Positions 27,317 through 37,264 of a stretch of DNA of 64,000 bases are shown piece by piece. The position numbers and the translations under genes were made by a program. The notes beneath the pieces were generated by a model. That model did no database searches, was not told where the DNA came from, and worked only from the letters and a program-made list of their open reading frames with translations. The first letter of the stretch is position 1; every line of letters begins with the position of its first letter. The stretch comes from a virus: the IMG/VR virus record IMGVR_UViG_3300032220_000699, positions 32,001 to 96,000 of that record; one strand, given 5' to 3'.

Positions 27317-27892
27317 TTACCAGTCCAAATTACCAGTGATTGCTACATTATCGAGAGTTGAGTCAAATTGTTGTTTGGTAACAGGATGCATAGGCTGCGT
27401 CGCGTTATCAGACAGAATCAGCTCACCATAAAGTATATCACCAAATTTACTTATTTTATTGCCTAGTTCATTGTCAACATATAACTTTGTTGCCAACAAA
27501 GAAGTATCTACTTGTCCTATTTCAGCAACTTTAGAATCAACATAAGTCTTAGTTGCTATAAGTGACAGATCTAGACCATTGATCTCCGCAATAAGATCAT
27601 TAACATATTGTTTTGTAACGACATGATTATTATCAATAGGTGTAGTAAGTAACGCAAGATTACCAAGCATACTATCGCCTGATTTACTAACCTTTGAAAG
27701 TAATCTATTATCTACATAAGTTTTTGTTGTGTAACTGGTATTAATAGCATTTAAAGTATTTTCAATACTATCTAATCTAGTAGCTACTTCTTCAATATTG
27801 AAGCTACCAAGACCAAGAACACCCTCTATATTTTTGATCTTTTTAAATAGATCAGTCTTATCAAAATAGAAAGGATCTGTAGGTGTGTCCAT
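27317..27892 (-). CDS. Tail-fibre-like protein with internal repeats
   Basis: Two SKxGDx(M/L)xGxLxL...HxVTKQ repeats and several TKxYVD units. Confidence 0.7.
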   Translation of the reverse strand: MDTPTDPFYFDKTDLFKKIKNIEGVLGLGSFNIEEVATRLDSIENTLNAINTSYTTKTYVDNRLLSKVSKSGDSMLGNLALLTTPIDNNHVVTKQYVNDLIAEINGLDLSLIATKTYVDSKVAEIGQVDTSLLATKLYVDNELGNKISKFGDILYGELILSDNATQPMHPVTKQQFDSTLDNVAITGNLDW

Positions 27893-27965
27893 TTTAACCT
27901 CAGTTTAATATATAAATTCAAAAAATTCACTCTACCAGGTTATTAAGCCTGGTAGAGTGACTATT

Positions 27966-28955
27966 TTATGCAGGTAAAGCTGTCATCATATCAAGAAAAT
28001 ATGCTTGTGTTAAGCGGTATGTTGAACCGACAACACGATGATCGTTGTATAATTGAATGTCAGTAAATGACATATTAGAAATTAAGTGTTGATTGTAATA
28101 AGCATCTTGAAGATACACAGTCCATTTTGTATCATTATTTTTCTTTTTAAAGTATTCACCAATTTTACCATATCCAACAAGAATAGGCATTGTGGGTTCA
28201 ACTTCAGTTCTAAAGTTTCCCGGAACATTACTATGCTCTAGATATATTTTATTTAATGCAAGTCCATCAATTGGAAGACTAACTAAGAAAGAGTTAAAGC
28301 TAGTAAGAAATGCAATAACAGCTGCATCTGATCTAGCCATACCGGCATCAATGACAGAAGGATTATTAATCGATGTAGGAATATTCAGCTCAGTGAAAAT
28401 ATCTCTATAACGATTTAATTCATATAGCTTTTCAATATAATTAAGACGATCCAATCTTAAAGCAAAAGATCTATCTGAAACACGATAAAAGAACTCAGGA
28501 TTTTCAAACACCATATATCCACAAATCATAAGGATAGGTGATTGAATTTCTTCATCAAAAGTGATAATCGCTTTCTCGTAAAGAGTAAATGGTGCTTCAG
28601 GAGTCACCATGCTAATATTGATAGGTTTCTTAACCATAGGGTTATCTAACTTATTAAAGCTTATAATTCCGATATGATTGGAACGAGCTTTAAGCATAGA
28701 CTTAGTTGCGTTAGCAATAAATAATCTGTTATCAATAAGTTCAGTTGGATAAATATACCCATTGACACTTAATAAACATTTATTATGAAGATCAGCCATT
28801 TCCGTGAAGGTATTAGGACGAGTGATCTCAATGTCAGGGAAATTATCTTTATGGTAATAAGCTAACTCATCGTAATTGTTAAAACCAATCTTACAGATAT
28901 TAAACTTATAACCAGCTGTATTAGCAAGTTGGTAGTTAAAATGTTTTTGGGTCAT
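27966..28955 (-). CDS. phiKZ-like virion structural protein, 329 aa
   Basis: In a late operon behind a TTTGACT motif; function from context. Confidence 0.55.
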   Translation of the reverse strand: MTQKHFNYQLANTAGYKFNICKIGFNNYDELAYYHKDNFPDIEITRPNTFTEMADLHNKCLLSVNGYIYPTELIDNRLFIANATKSMLKARSNHIGIISFNKLDNPMVKKPINISMVTPEAPFTLYEKAIITFDEEIQSPILMICGYMVFENPEFFYRVSDRSFALRLDRLNYIEKLYELNRYRDIFTELNIPTSINNPSVIDAGMARSDAAVIAFLTSFNSFLVSLPIDGLALNKIYLEHSNVPGNFRTEVEPTMPILVGYGKIGEYFKKKNNDTKWTVYLQDAYYNQHLISNMSFTDIQLYNDHRVVGSTYRLTQAYFLDMMTALPA

Positions 28956-28963
28956 GACAGATC

Positions 28964-29332
28964 CTAGAGAGCAAGAAGTTTGAGAACATTACCGAACATG
29001 GAAATGAGTCCATTCAGACTGTCATTAACCTTAAATAGAGCAGCAACCAATAGAACAATAACAACAGTCAAAAAGAAAACATAAGAAATAGTCTTCAGTT
29101 TGATGTTATGAATTTGAACAATATTATCAGGATCTGTGATCATATTACGATAGTGCATCTGTTCAAGAACAATCTTAAAAACAAACAACTGTTCTTCTTC
29201 AGAAAGAGTGTTCTTAAAAACACCCAATAATCTTTTCAAATACTTGCGCTCTTTATCAGGCATGTTCATGTATTTGACATTTTGTTCTGTAATTTCTTTA
29301 AATGTATCTTTAATTTTTTTACTAACAATCAT
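28964..29332 (-). CDS. Membrane protein, 122 aa (holin candidate)
   Basis: C-terminal transmembrane helix; near the spanins; AAGGAG RBS. Confidence 0.5.
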   Translation of the reverse strand: MIVSKKIKDTFKEITEQNVKYMNMPDKERKYLKRLLGVFKNTLSEEEQLFVFKIVLEQMHYRNMITDPDNIVQIHNIKLKTISYVFFLTVVIVLLVAALFKVNDSLNGLISMFGNVLKLLAL

Positions 29333-29351
29333 GATGGGTTCTCCTTATATT

Positions 29352-29358
29352 AGTCAAA
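29352..29358 (-). promoter_or_regulatory. Late-type motif TTTGACT
   Basis: 26 nt before 29332. Confidence 0.6.
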
Positions 29359-29388
29359 AAATGCTTTGGTTCAACTAAGGAGATTAAA

Positions 29389-29709
29389 ATGGAGCTTTTT
29401 AATTATAGCGGTAAGGTAGCTAAAGTTGTTGACGGTGATACAGTTGATGTTGTTCTGGATCTAGGTTTTGAAGTTTATAAGAAAGTTCGTTGTCGTTTAA
29501 ATGGAATTGATTCTCCTGAAACAAATACAGAAGCTGGTAAAATTGCTAAAACTTTTTTAACAACAGAACTTCCTGTTGATACTCCTGTTAAAGTAGCAAG
29601 CAGACTGTATGATAAATATGGTCGTTCTGTTGCAGATATTTATAAAGGAGATGTCAATATTAATCAGTTTATGATTGATTCAGGTCATGCGGTAGTTTAC
29701 AAAGCTTAA
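29389..29709 (+). CDS. Staphylococcal-nuclease (SNase/thermonuclease) family protein
   Basis: KVVDGDTV...RLNGIDSPE...DKYGRSVA...INQFMIDSGHAVVY. Confidence 0.9.
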   Translation: MELFNYSGKVAKVVDGDTVDVVLDLGFEVYKKVRCRLNGIDSPETNTEAGKIAKTFLTTELPVDTPVKVASRLYDKYGRSVADIYKGDVNINQFMIDSGHAVVYKA

Positions 29710-29710
29710 A

Positions 29711-29741
29711 AACATCACCAGGGAATAACCCTGGTGATGTT
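29711..29741. terminator. Bidirectional terminator
   Basis: aacatcaccaggg/ccctggtgatgtt. Confidence 0.85.
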
Positions 29742-29746
29742 CTCAT

Positions 29747-30052
29747 TTATTTTGTTTCACCAGCCACGGGAAGTTTCCTAATCTTCTCCATTCGACCATT
29801 ACACTCTTTGATTGTTCCTAACAGACTAACAGAATAGTCTGTCATAGCTGCTTCACGTTCATGTGGTTTAAGCTTTAAATACTCTTCCTTTACGGGTGGT
29901 TTCTTGGGCACACATGGTTCTGTCAATTCTTCAGGAACTCTTTGTGTGACAACTTTTGTGTCTGTGAATTCAAGTTTGTCGTATTTAGGTGTTGATCCAC
30001 AACCAACCAACACCAGACTGAACAAAATAGTTACGAACAATTGCTTAAGCAT
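29747..30052 (-). CDS. o-spanin (Rz1-like lipoprotein)
   Basis: Signal peptide with LVGC lipobox, Pro-rich, overlaps the i-spanin 3' end by 22 nt. Confidence 0.8.
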   Translation of the reverse strand: MLKQLFVTILFSLVLVGCGSTPKYDKLEFTDTKVVTQRVPEELTEPCVPKKPPVKEEYLKLKPHEREAAMTDYSVSLLGTIKECNGRMEKIRKLPVAGETK

Positions 30053-30552
30053 TTAGGCTCCTTCAAATTTGGAAAGAAAGAATCAAAAACTTCATTAATG
30101 GTATCGGCGTTACTAGCAGATAGTTGGTCATACTCCGTAATAGGAATAGTGATCGTAGTATCTGTCACAACAGTCTTCTTGTTAAGTTGATCAATGGTTG
30201 CTTTATCTTTAGCTTCCTTTTTCTTCTTAGCTTCAATGATATCGTTCTGGATCTTTTCACGCTCTTTAGCAGAATCTACTAGAGCTTTGATCTCAGCTTT
30301 ATGACGAGTCTCTTGAGCAGCTAAGTCGCTTTGAAGATCTTTGTTAACACGTTGGGCTGTTTCAAGCTCGCCTTGCAAACGAGTAACTTCGGCTTTCAGA
30401 TTGGTAGCAGTTTCAAAACCAAACTTAGATAAAATGACACTGGAGTTAGAGAAGAGAAAAACACCGAAGATAATAGCAAAGATACCGATAAAGATACCGG
30501 TAGAACTCATTACTTTATCACCGAAGAAAGTCTTAATTGCTGTCCACCACAT
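30031..30552 (-). CDS. i-spanin (Rz-like)
   Basis: N-terminal TM helix followed by a long coiled coil. Confidence 0.75.
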   Translation of the reverse strand: MWWTAIKTFFGDKVMSSTGIFIGIFAIIFGVFLFSNSSVILSKFGFETATNLKAEVTRLQGELETAQRVNKDLQSDLAAQETRHKAEIKALVDSAKEREKIQNDIIEAKKKKEAKDKATIDQLNKKTVVTDTTITIPITEYDQLSASNADTINEVFDSFFPNLKEPKCLSNCS

Positions 30553-30573
30553 TCTAAACTCCTTAAAATTTGT

Positions 30574-31137
30574 TTAACTTGTCTTTTCTCCGTCAGCGGC
30601 ACGTTCTTCTAAGACTGACAGATAATGAACAAAACCGATTGCTATAGAATCAATTTCATGTTCAGACAAACCTTCTATTTCCTTAGTGATGATAATTTCT
30701 TTATCTTCACGCTTTTTGTACAAGAACTGCTTGATAACTTCTTTAGAAGCTAAATGTTGTTTAGCGAAAAGCTTTTTAACCAATAAAGGTTCTACAAGCT
30801 TCATTCCCAGTTGATTAGGAATAACAATAAGGTACTTAATCGAGAAGATAACTTCCAATAAAGAACCATATGCCATTGGAGTTAATGCATTATAAAATGG
30901 TGCTTCAATAATCAGAGCATCAATTTTAGGATATGTGGTTAAGATCTCTTTGATCTTATTGATAATCGCCATTACTTTAACTGTGCGATTACCGAAACGA
31001 GTTTCAACGACTTTCTCTTCGTCAGTGAACTTTCTGGCATTCTTAACAAGCCAGGTATCTTTTACTGTGAATTCTGCGTCTAAATCAAGAACGGATAAAC
31101 CGCAATTGTTTATGCCGGGGTCGATACTAAGAATCAT
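30574..31137 (-). CDS. ruvC: RuvC-like Holliday junction resolvase
   Basis: ILSIDPGINNCG, IIEAPFY, HEIDSIAIG acidic active-site pattern. Confidence 0.88.
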   Translation of the reverse strand: MILSIDPGINNCGLSVLDLDAEFTVKDTWLVKNARKFTDEEKVVETRFGNRTVKVMAIINKIKEILTTYPKIDALIIEAPFYNALTPMAYGSLLEVIFSIKYLIVIPNQLGMKLVEPLLVKKLFAKQHLASKEVIKQFLYKKREDKEIIITKEIEGLSEHEIDSIAIGFVHYLSVLEERAADGEKTS

Positions 31138-31232
31138 TTTAGAAACCTATTTTGGTGTATTTATCAAACAATTTTAGCAAAAATGAAAAATGCCTAAGAG
31201 ACTAGGGATTTCTCCCTAGTCTCTTTTAGTAT

Positions 31233-32078
31233 TTATACAGATTCATTAACCAATAAAGGCTCAACACTACCAATGTCAAGTTCAATCTGGACTTGAGTTG
31301 TATTAGCAGTAAGTGCATGGTATTGTGACAAGAAAGCAGCGACTTGTGCAGAGATAACGTCAGTATAATTACTAACGGTATTTCCAAAGTTACCTTGAAC
31401 TACTTTGTCAACACCATGAACCATAGCGATTTCATTAATAACAGCATAACGAGCATCACCGAACATAATGTCACAAGCTGTCAGAATTTCATTGATATCT
31501 TGTTGATTCAGTGTGAAAGTTGTCTTTGCTGTTGAGACAAGATAATCACCGTTTGGATTGTTCAGATCAACATTACTCAGATCTGGAGCAGTCGGAGAAA
31601 GATCAGACAGAGATGGTGAGAAAGAATTAGTAGTGATAACACCATCGTTGACATTACGCAGCTCAACAGCCGGAGAAATATCATCAATAGTGAGAGCACG
31701 CAGATAATAAGCAACGTACTGATTACCACCAATCGTAACAGGAACACGCAGACGATACTTCAGACGTTCTGTAGAACTCAGATCGTTAGCGATATCACGA
31801 ATCACAAAAGGAATAAAGTTATACAAGCTAGCGTGACGCGGAAGATGCGGAATAGGTGTGGTCAAAACAAAACCAGTTCCAGTTACATCGTAAGTCGCAC
31901 CTTTGTTACCGATACCGATATATCCCAGAACAGGGTATTCACCGACACCAGGAACTTCGCTTGCAAACAAGTTGAACTTCTGATTCAGCGTGCTGTTCGG
32001 CAGAATCGTAAACGGACGCTTTAACGATTTGCATGTTTGCAGGTGTGCTGAATAAATTGTTCTCTGAACACTATCCAT
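31233..32078 (-). CDS. phiKZ-like virion (baseplate) protein, 281 aa
   Basis: RTIYSAHLQT...NSTLNQKF segment recalled from phiKZ-like structural genes; coupled to the 724-aa gene. Confidence 0.6.
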   Translation of the reverse strand: MDSVQRTIYSAHLQTCKSLKRPFTILPNSTLNQKFNLFASEVPGVGEYPVLGYIGIGNKGATYDVTGTGFVLTTPIPHLPRHASLYNFIPFVIRDIANDLSSTERLKYRLRVPVTIGGNQYVAYYLRALTIDDISPAVELRNVNDGVITTNSFSPSLSDLSPTAPDLSNVDLNNPNGDYLVSTAKTTFTLNQQDINEILTACDIMFGDARYAVINEIAMVHGVDKVVQGNFGNTVSNYTDVISAQVAAFLSQYHALTANTTQVQIELDIGSVEPLLVNESV

Positions 32079-32088
32079 TTAATGGCTC

Positions 32089-34263
32089 CTAAAGGTTTAA
32101 GGCTAAAAACTCTAATTGGTCATCACTAGATTGGTTTACCATCCAGGCTGAACCACCTAAATCATTTACAACTTTATTATTAAATAAAAGGTCTACTTTA
32201 CTAGTAGATTTACTACCAAATTCTAGTTTAGGAAGAAGTTCAAGTTCATACTTTTCAAGATAACTAAATCCATGGTTAATAACCTGATCGAATTCTAAAG
32301 TTTCATCGAGAAGAATTTTATAACCCATATCAATATTTAACTTAAAGAAATCATAATAATATAAACGACTATTTATATCTTCGCTGACAGAACAGCGATT
32401 ATCTTTAGGTCCACACAAAGTAGGACTGCTGCTGTAATAGTCATTGATAAGTTGAATTGTATAACTATTAAATTTCTTAAATACTTCAACGAGAGCTTTT
32501 TGAATAGTCTTATAACTATTAATAAAGTCAAGTTTATTGTCATAAAGATTATTAAGAATTGAGTAACTCATAGATTCCATAGCACTTGAATCATAAGTCA
32601 TTAAATCACTGATACCGATACGAATTAAAAAGTTTTGAACTGTTTCATTATTAAATGTGTAGGTGTCAGACTTACACATTCTTTCAATCATATATTCAAA
32701 CTGACCATTGATATCTTTATCGCTATAGTTACATGTGAGCAACCATATTCCGATATTTAAGTTATAAATAGATGAAATGTATTCTTGACACTGTGAACTT
32801 GTTGTAACAAAGCTATAGGTAGGAATGCTGTTACGAATATCGTCAATAGTGTCATGGTACCAATATTGAGGATTATAACACATCCCGATAAGCTGCTGTG
32901 TCGTAGGAAGATTTTCCTTGAACACACGCTTAATACAGTAGTCTGGAAAATCTGTTAACTCAACATTATTAGATTTATAAAGAACAATTACAAACAACTT
33001 GAAAAGATCTTTAGTTGTTAATTTAAGTTCATTGTTAGTTACAGGGTCTACTATTGTAACAAGATAGTTCATCTTGTTAGTTTTCAATAAATATGCCCAA
33101 TAATCGATAAGCGTAGGAATAAGTTTATGACGAACTGTGTCTGTATTGTCAACAATGATTGTTTCTAAGTCTTTTGTAAGCAAAGTGCTAAATAAAGAGT
33201 TCTTAAATTTATGATCAATAGTTTTAATGTTATAAGTTAACTCTTTAGGATTGCCATGAGTCAATCCAACTTCCTTTGCCTTAATATTGTCCAATGAAAA
33301 ATCATTCGGAGAATAAACAAGGTCAGCTTTATTCAGAAGTTTTTGATTACAGCGATACTTAATGTAATCAGAATCATCTGTATCATTTTCTTGTTTATAG
33401 ATATAGTTCACGAGAGAAATATTTCTATCAGTGAATAACTTATCAATAAGAATATTAAATGTGCTATTATGTCCAGCGTGATTATCAAGATACAATAAGT
33501 TTCTATAAAGGAACAAAGACTGTTTCTTAGTTAGGTAAGTATAGCTTTCATCGAGATAGTGATGACTAGCTAAATAGTTTTTAATGTGGAAAGTATGTGC
33601 TTTCAAAGTCTTAGCATTCTTTAAACGAATAGCCAAGATTTTCATTAGAATGAAGTTATAGAATACGTGATACTGACTAGCTAAGAAAAGATTATCAGAC
33701 AACGTATAATAAGGAATCATACGAATGTTCTTATAGTTATCAATTGCTTGTTGAAGTTCATACATGAGATCATGTTCATTTTCTTCAACTAGCTCAGTAG
33801 CATACGACACAATACTAAAATTCTCTAAACCAATAACTTCTTGAATTGTGTTATAGCGTTTATCACAAATAACAGCTTTAATGTATAACTCTTGTTCTGG
33901 AAATAGATCAATAATCTGTTTATAAAATAAGCCGAACTTTAAAAGTTCTTTCTTCGTTTTACGATGGAGATTAAGAATATTGCTATCCAGAGGAATGGAA
34001 GTGCCATTGTCCAGAGAAGTAATAACAATCTGAGTGTCCACCGCATGATACTCGCCCATTAAATGCTTATAATAACGCCATGTTGTTTTGTCAGATAAAT
34101 CTACAACATATGAAGGATAAGCAAGTTTAATATAGTCGTTATAAAGTTTTGCCTCATTATCATTTTTAATATTGATCGATTTGGTTAAATTGATCGTGTC
34201 TTTAATATATGTGTTAGCTAAGATATTATTACCTAATATCTTTTCAATGATCGGAGTAGACAT
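32089..34263 (-). CDS. phiKZ-like virion (baseplate) protein, 724 aa
   Basis: TWRYYKHLMGEYH, HTFHIKNYLASH; near the portal; late motif 25 nt upstream. Confidence 0.6.
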   Translation of the reverse strand: MSTPIIEKILGNNILANTYIKDTINLTKSINIKNDNEAKLYNDYIKLAYPSYVVDLSDKTTWRYYKHLMGEYHAVDTQIVITSLDNGTSIPLDSNILNLHRKTKKELLKFGLFYKQIIDLFPEQELYIKAVICDKRYNTIQEVIGLENFSIVSYATELVEENEHDLMYELQQAIDNYKNIRMIPYYTLSDNLFLASQYHVFYNFILMKILAIRLKNAKTLKAHTFHIKNYLASHHYLDESYTYLTKKQSLFLYRNLLYLDNHAGHNSTFNILIDKLFTDRNISLVNYIYKQENDTDDSDYIKYRCNQKLLNKADLVYSPNDFSLDNIKAKEVGLTHGNPKELTYNIKTIDHKFKNSLFSTLLTKDLETIIVDNTDTVRHKLIPTLIDYWAYLLKTNKMNYLVTIVDPVTNNELKLTTKDLFKLFVIVLYKSNNVELTDFPDYCIKRVFKENLPTTQQLIGMCYNPQYWYHDTIDDIRNSIPTYSFVTTSSQCQEYISSIYNLNIGIWLLTCNYSDKDINGQFEYMIERMCKSDTYTFNNETVQNFLIRIGISDLMTYDSSAMESMSYSILNNLYDNKLDFINSYKTIQKALVEVFKKFNSYTIQLINDYYSSSPTLCGPKDNRCSVSEDINSRLYYYDFFKLNIDMGYKILLDETLEFDQVINHGFSYLEKYELELLPKLEFGSKSTSKVDLLFNNKVVNDLGGSAWMVNQSSDDQLEFLALNL

Positions 34264-34281
34264 AACAGTCCTTTTTCAAAT

Positions 34282-34288
34282 AGTCAGA
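34282..34288 (-). promoter_or_regulatory. Late-type motif variant TCTGACT
   Basis: 25 nt before 34263. Confidence 0.55.
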
Positions 34289-34352
34289 AAATTTGTTTAA
34301 AAAATAAAAAGAAACATCCAGAGAGTCTCCTCTCTGGATGCTCTTATATTAA

Positions 34353-37154
34353 TTAGTACTTGATGTAACTATAAGAACCAAATGGTTCATCGGCAGAAAG
34401 ATCAGGTAACAAGAATTTATCAGAATTATTTAAAGGAACTTCACCAAGTTGAGAACCATCAAAATAAGAAGAATAATCATTCATACCACTAGAAATACTA
34501 GCAGTAATAACAACACTAGTAGTTACATTACTACCAGATACATTACCACCCATTAAATAAATTCTATTTTTGGTAATAACAGAAGCAGAATAACCAATTG
34601 CTATAGAAATAGAACTGCCAGTTGTCCAAGTTCCAAGATTACCATTGTCATCAATAGGAGCAGTGTAAACAGCACTAGTTGCTGATGTATTACCGTTGAA
34701 ACCACCAAACATATAGAGACGATTCTTAGTCACAATACACTGTGAAGCAAGAAGACCTCCAGGCATTGTAGAGTGAACTGACCAAGAACTGATAAAACCA
34801 TCACTATTAATTGTAGCATAGTAAACAGTATTACTTAAGCCACCGTTCCAGCCACCACAATAATAAATTTTATTTTTAGTAATAGCAACACCACCTGTGC
34901 AGTAAGCTACAGGTATTGTTGTACCAGTAGTCCAAGTACCTAATGTACCATCACTATTAATAGGAGCAGTGTATGTTACACCAGAGTAACTACTATTGAT
35001 ATAACAACCAATTATATAAATTCTATTTCTAGTAATTACTGCAGTACCATAACCGGCAATCACTGGTAAAGCTGTACCAAGTACCCAAGTTCCTAATGTT
35101 CCGTCGGCATTGATATCAGCAGAATAAACATTAGCTGTACTACCACCTATGATATAAACTTTATTTCTAAACGCGATAACTTGTGACGCACTTATAGCTG
35201 AAGGTAAAATTGTACCGGTCGTCCAGTTACCTAATGTACCATCAGCGTTGATAGGAGCAGTATAAACTGTAGAAACAGATGTTCCACTAACATTACCACC
35301 AAGTAAATATACACGGTTCTTTGTGACAACAGCTTGTGAATTACCTAATTGACCAGGTAAATTACTAGAAGCAGAGGTCCAACCAGTTATATCTGTGGAT
35401 TGTGTAGTATTAATCTGATACTGTTGTTGCCATGGCTTACCAGCACCAGGTGTCAGATAGTTAGTTGTATCTTCACCATAATACGAAGAATAATCATTTA
35501 ATCCGCCATTAATAGGTGCAGAATAAATAGCTGATGTCAGTGTTCCGCCAGCGCCTTGACCACCAATTAAATATATTTTATTTTTAGTACAAATAACTGC
35601 AGTTGTTCCTAAACTAGTAGGTAAAGATGTTCCTATTTCCCAGGTGCCTAATGTGCCGTCGCTATTTATGGTAGTAGTATAAACAGTAGAAACATAAGAT
35701 GAACCATTATACCCACCAAGAAGATAGACACGATTCTTAGTTACGAGTGCTTGTGAATTGGCAAGTAGATTTGGTAAACTTCCTGATGTAGTCCAATTAC
35801 CAATTGTACCATCGTCGTTAATAACAGCTGTATGAATGTTATTAGATTGATAAGAACCTAACAGATATACACGATTCTTGGTAACAATGCATGAATACCC
35901 ACTTCCAGCTTGTGGTAAAGAAGGTCCAGTAGTCCAAGTACCTATAATTCCATCTGAAGATATAGATGCAGTATAAACTGTAGAAACAGAGACAGAACCA
36001 GCCGTATTTCCACCGCAAATATACACACGGTTCCTAGTGATAAAACCACTACTCCAGCCTAAAGCGACCGGTAACGATGTTCCAGTAGTCCAAGTACCCA
36101 AAGTACCATCGGCATTAACAACAGCGGTATAAACTGTTGAAACTTGTACAGAATTATCCGTGTAAGCACCAATTAGGTAAACACGGTTTTTAGTAATAAG
36201 AGCAACAGATAAAGACATAATACCAGGCAAAGCTGTGCCTGCTACCCATGCCCCTAGCGTACCGTCGGCGTTAATTGGTGCTGTTAAAACAGCATTAGTG
36301 TAAACACCATTCCATCCGCCAAGCATATAAACACGGTTCTTGGTAACGATAGCCTGAGAATAATATAATCCATTAGGAAGGGTTGAAGAATCAGCAGACC
36401 AACCTGTAATATCGTTAGACTGTGTTGAATTTATAAGATATTGTTGTTTCCAAGGCTGACCATTACCTACGATATTGTTATTTGAATATTGGTTACCAAT
36501 AACAGAATAAAGATTAGCGTAAGTCGTCTTATCAACTTCAGCGCCGTTACACTTCAAGAAACCGCTAGGTGTGGTCGAATAAGGTTTACGAAGAATATCA
36601 CCAACAGCAATACCACCATTACTGATAAGAGCATCAACATACTGCTTGGTGGCTATATGGCTACCAAGAGTAGGTTCATTTGAAATAGTTAAGAAACCAA
36701 GCATTGTAGCGCCATTAACACTGACACCATTAGTAATTCCGTAACCACTTAAAGTTGAAGGAAGTGATCCTTGATTAATTTTTGACCAGTTAAGTCCAAA
36801 AGGAATGTCAGAGTCATTGATATTTGACCCACCTGTAACAATACCTTTAGAATTAACCGTTACCTTTGAATATTCTCCAGCTATAACGCCGCTATTATTT
36901 AAAGTAAGTTGTGTTGTTCCAGGTGATGACTGAAGATCACCTGTGAAATTCGGAAGACGAGCAGCTGGTAAAGTTCCAGCTGTCAGATTACCGGCATTGA
37001 TACTGTTATAGTATGCATCAACATACTGTTTAGGAACAGCTTCCAGTGTTTGACTAGGATTACCAGCCAGCAGCAAAGGACCAGAAATATTACCACCATT
37101 TTCTGTGATGCCACCGCCAGAATAACCGCCCTCGGCATATAAATCTAATCTCAT
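34353..37154 (-). CDS. Tail fibre with tail-collar domain and two six-bladed Kelch-like propellers
   Basis: KVTVNSKGIVTG and PSTLSGYGIT fibre motifs; collar GFLKCNGAEVDKTTYANLYSVIG...FLLPDL; 12 TKNRVY..GG repeats. Confidence 0.85.
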   Translation of the reverse strand: MRLDLYAEGGYSGGGITENGGNISGPLLLAGNPSQTLEAVPKQYVDAYYNSINAGNLTAGTLPAARLPNFTGDLQSSPGTTQLTLNNSGVIAGEYSKVTVNSKGIVTGGSNINDSDIPFGLNWSKINQGSLPSTLSGYGITNGVSVNGATMLGFLTISNEPTLGSHIATKQYVDALISNGGIAVGDILRKPYSTTPSGFLKCNGAEVDKTTYANLYSVIGNQYSNNNIVGNGQPWKQQYLINSTQSNDITGWSADSSTLPNGLYYSQAIVTKNRVYMLGGWNGVYTNAVLTAPINADGTLGAWVAGTALPGIMSLSVALITKNRVYLIGAYTDNSVQVSTVYTAVVNADGTLGTWTTGTSLPVALGWSSGFITRNRVYICGGNTAGSVSVSTVYTASISSDGIIGTWTTGPSLPQAGSGYSCIVTKNRVYLLGSYQSNNIHTAVINDDGTIGNWTTSGSLPNLLANSQALVTKNRVYLLGGYNGSSYVSTVYTTTINSDGTLGTWEIGTSLPTSLGTTAVICTKNKIYLIGGQGAGGTLTSAIYSAPINGGLNDYSSYYGEDTTNYLTPGAGKPWQQQYQINTTQSTDITGWTSASSNLPGQLGNSQAVVTKNRVYLLGGNVSGTSVSTVYTAPINADGTLGNWTTGTILPSAISASQVIAFRNKVYIIGGSTANVYSADINADGTLGTWVLGTALPVIAGYGTAVITRNRIYIIGCYINSSYSGVTYTAPINSDGTLGTWTTGTTIPVAYCTGGVAITKNKIYYCGGWNGGLSNTVYYATINSDGFISSWSVHSTMPGGLLASQCIVTKNRLYMFGGFNGNTSATSAVYTAPIDDNGNLGTWTTGSSISIAIGYSASVITKNRIYLMGGNVSGSNVTTSVVITASISSGMNDYSSYFDGSQLGEVPLNNSDKFLLPDLSADEPFGSYSYIKY

Positions 37155-37239
37155 GTTAACTCCTTAAGTTAGCCTGTAAATATGGTTCACAGAATTCTTT
37201 TAATCAATTAGCTATATTAAAAAAATAAACCGAGAATTT

Positions 37240-37246
37240 TGTGACT
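37240..37246 (+). promoter_or_regulatory. Late-type motif variant TGTGACT
   Basis: 25 nt before the portal start. Confidence 0.55.
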
Positions 37247-37264
37247 ATATCAAGAGGAATTGCT

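Noticed and set aside
34353-37154. Diversity-generating retroelement acting on the fibre repeats
   Set aside because: No reverse transcriptase and no near-identical template repeat differing only at adenines; the repeats are old and diverged
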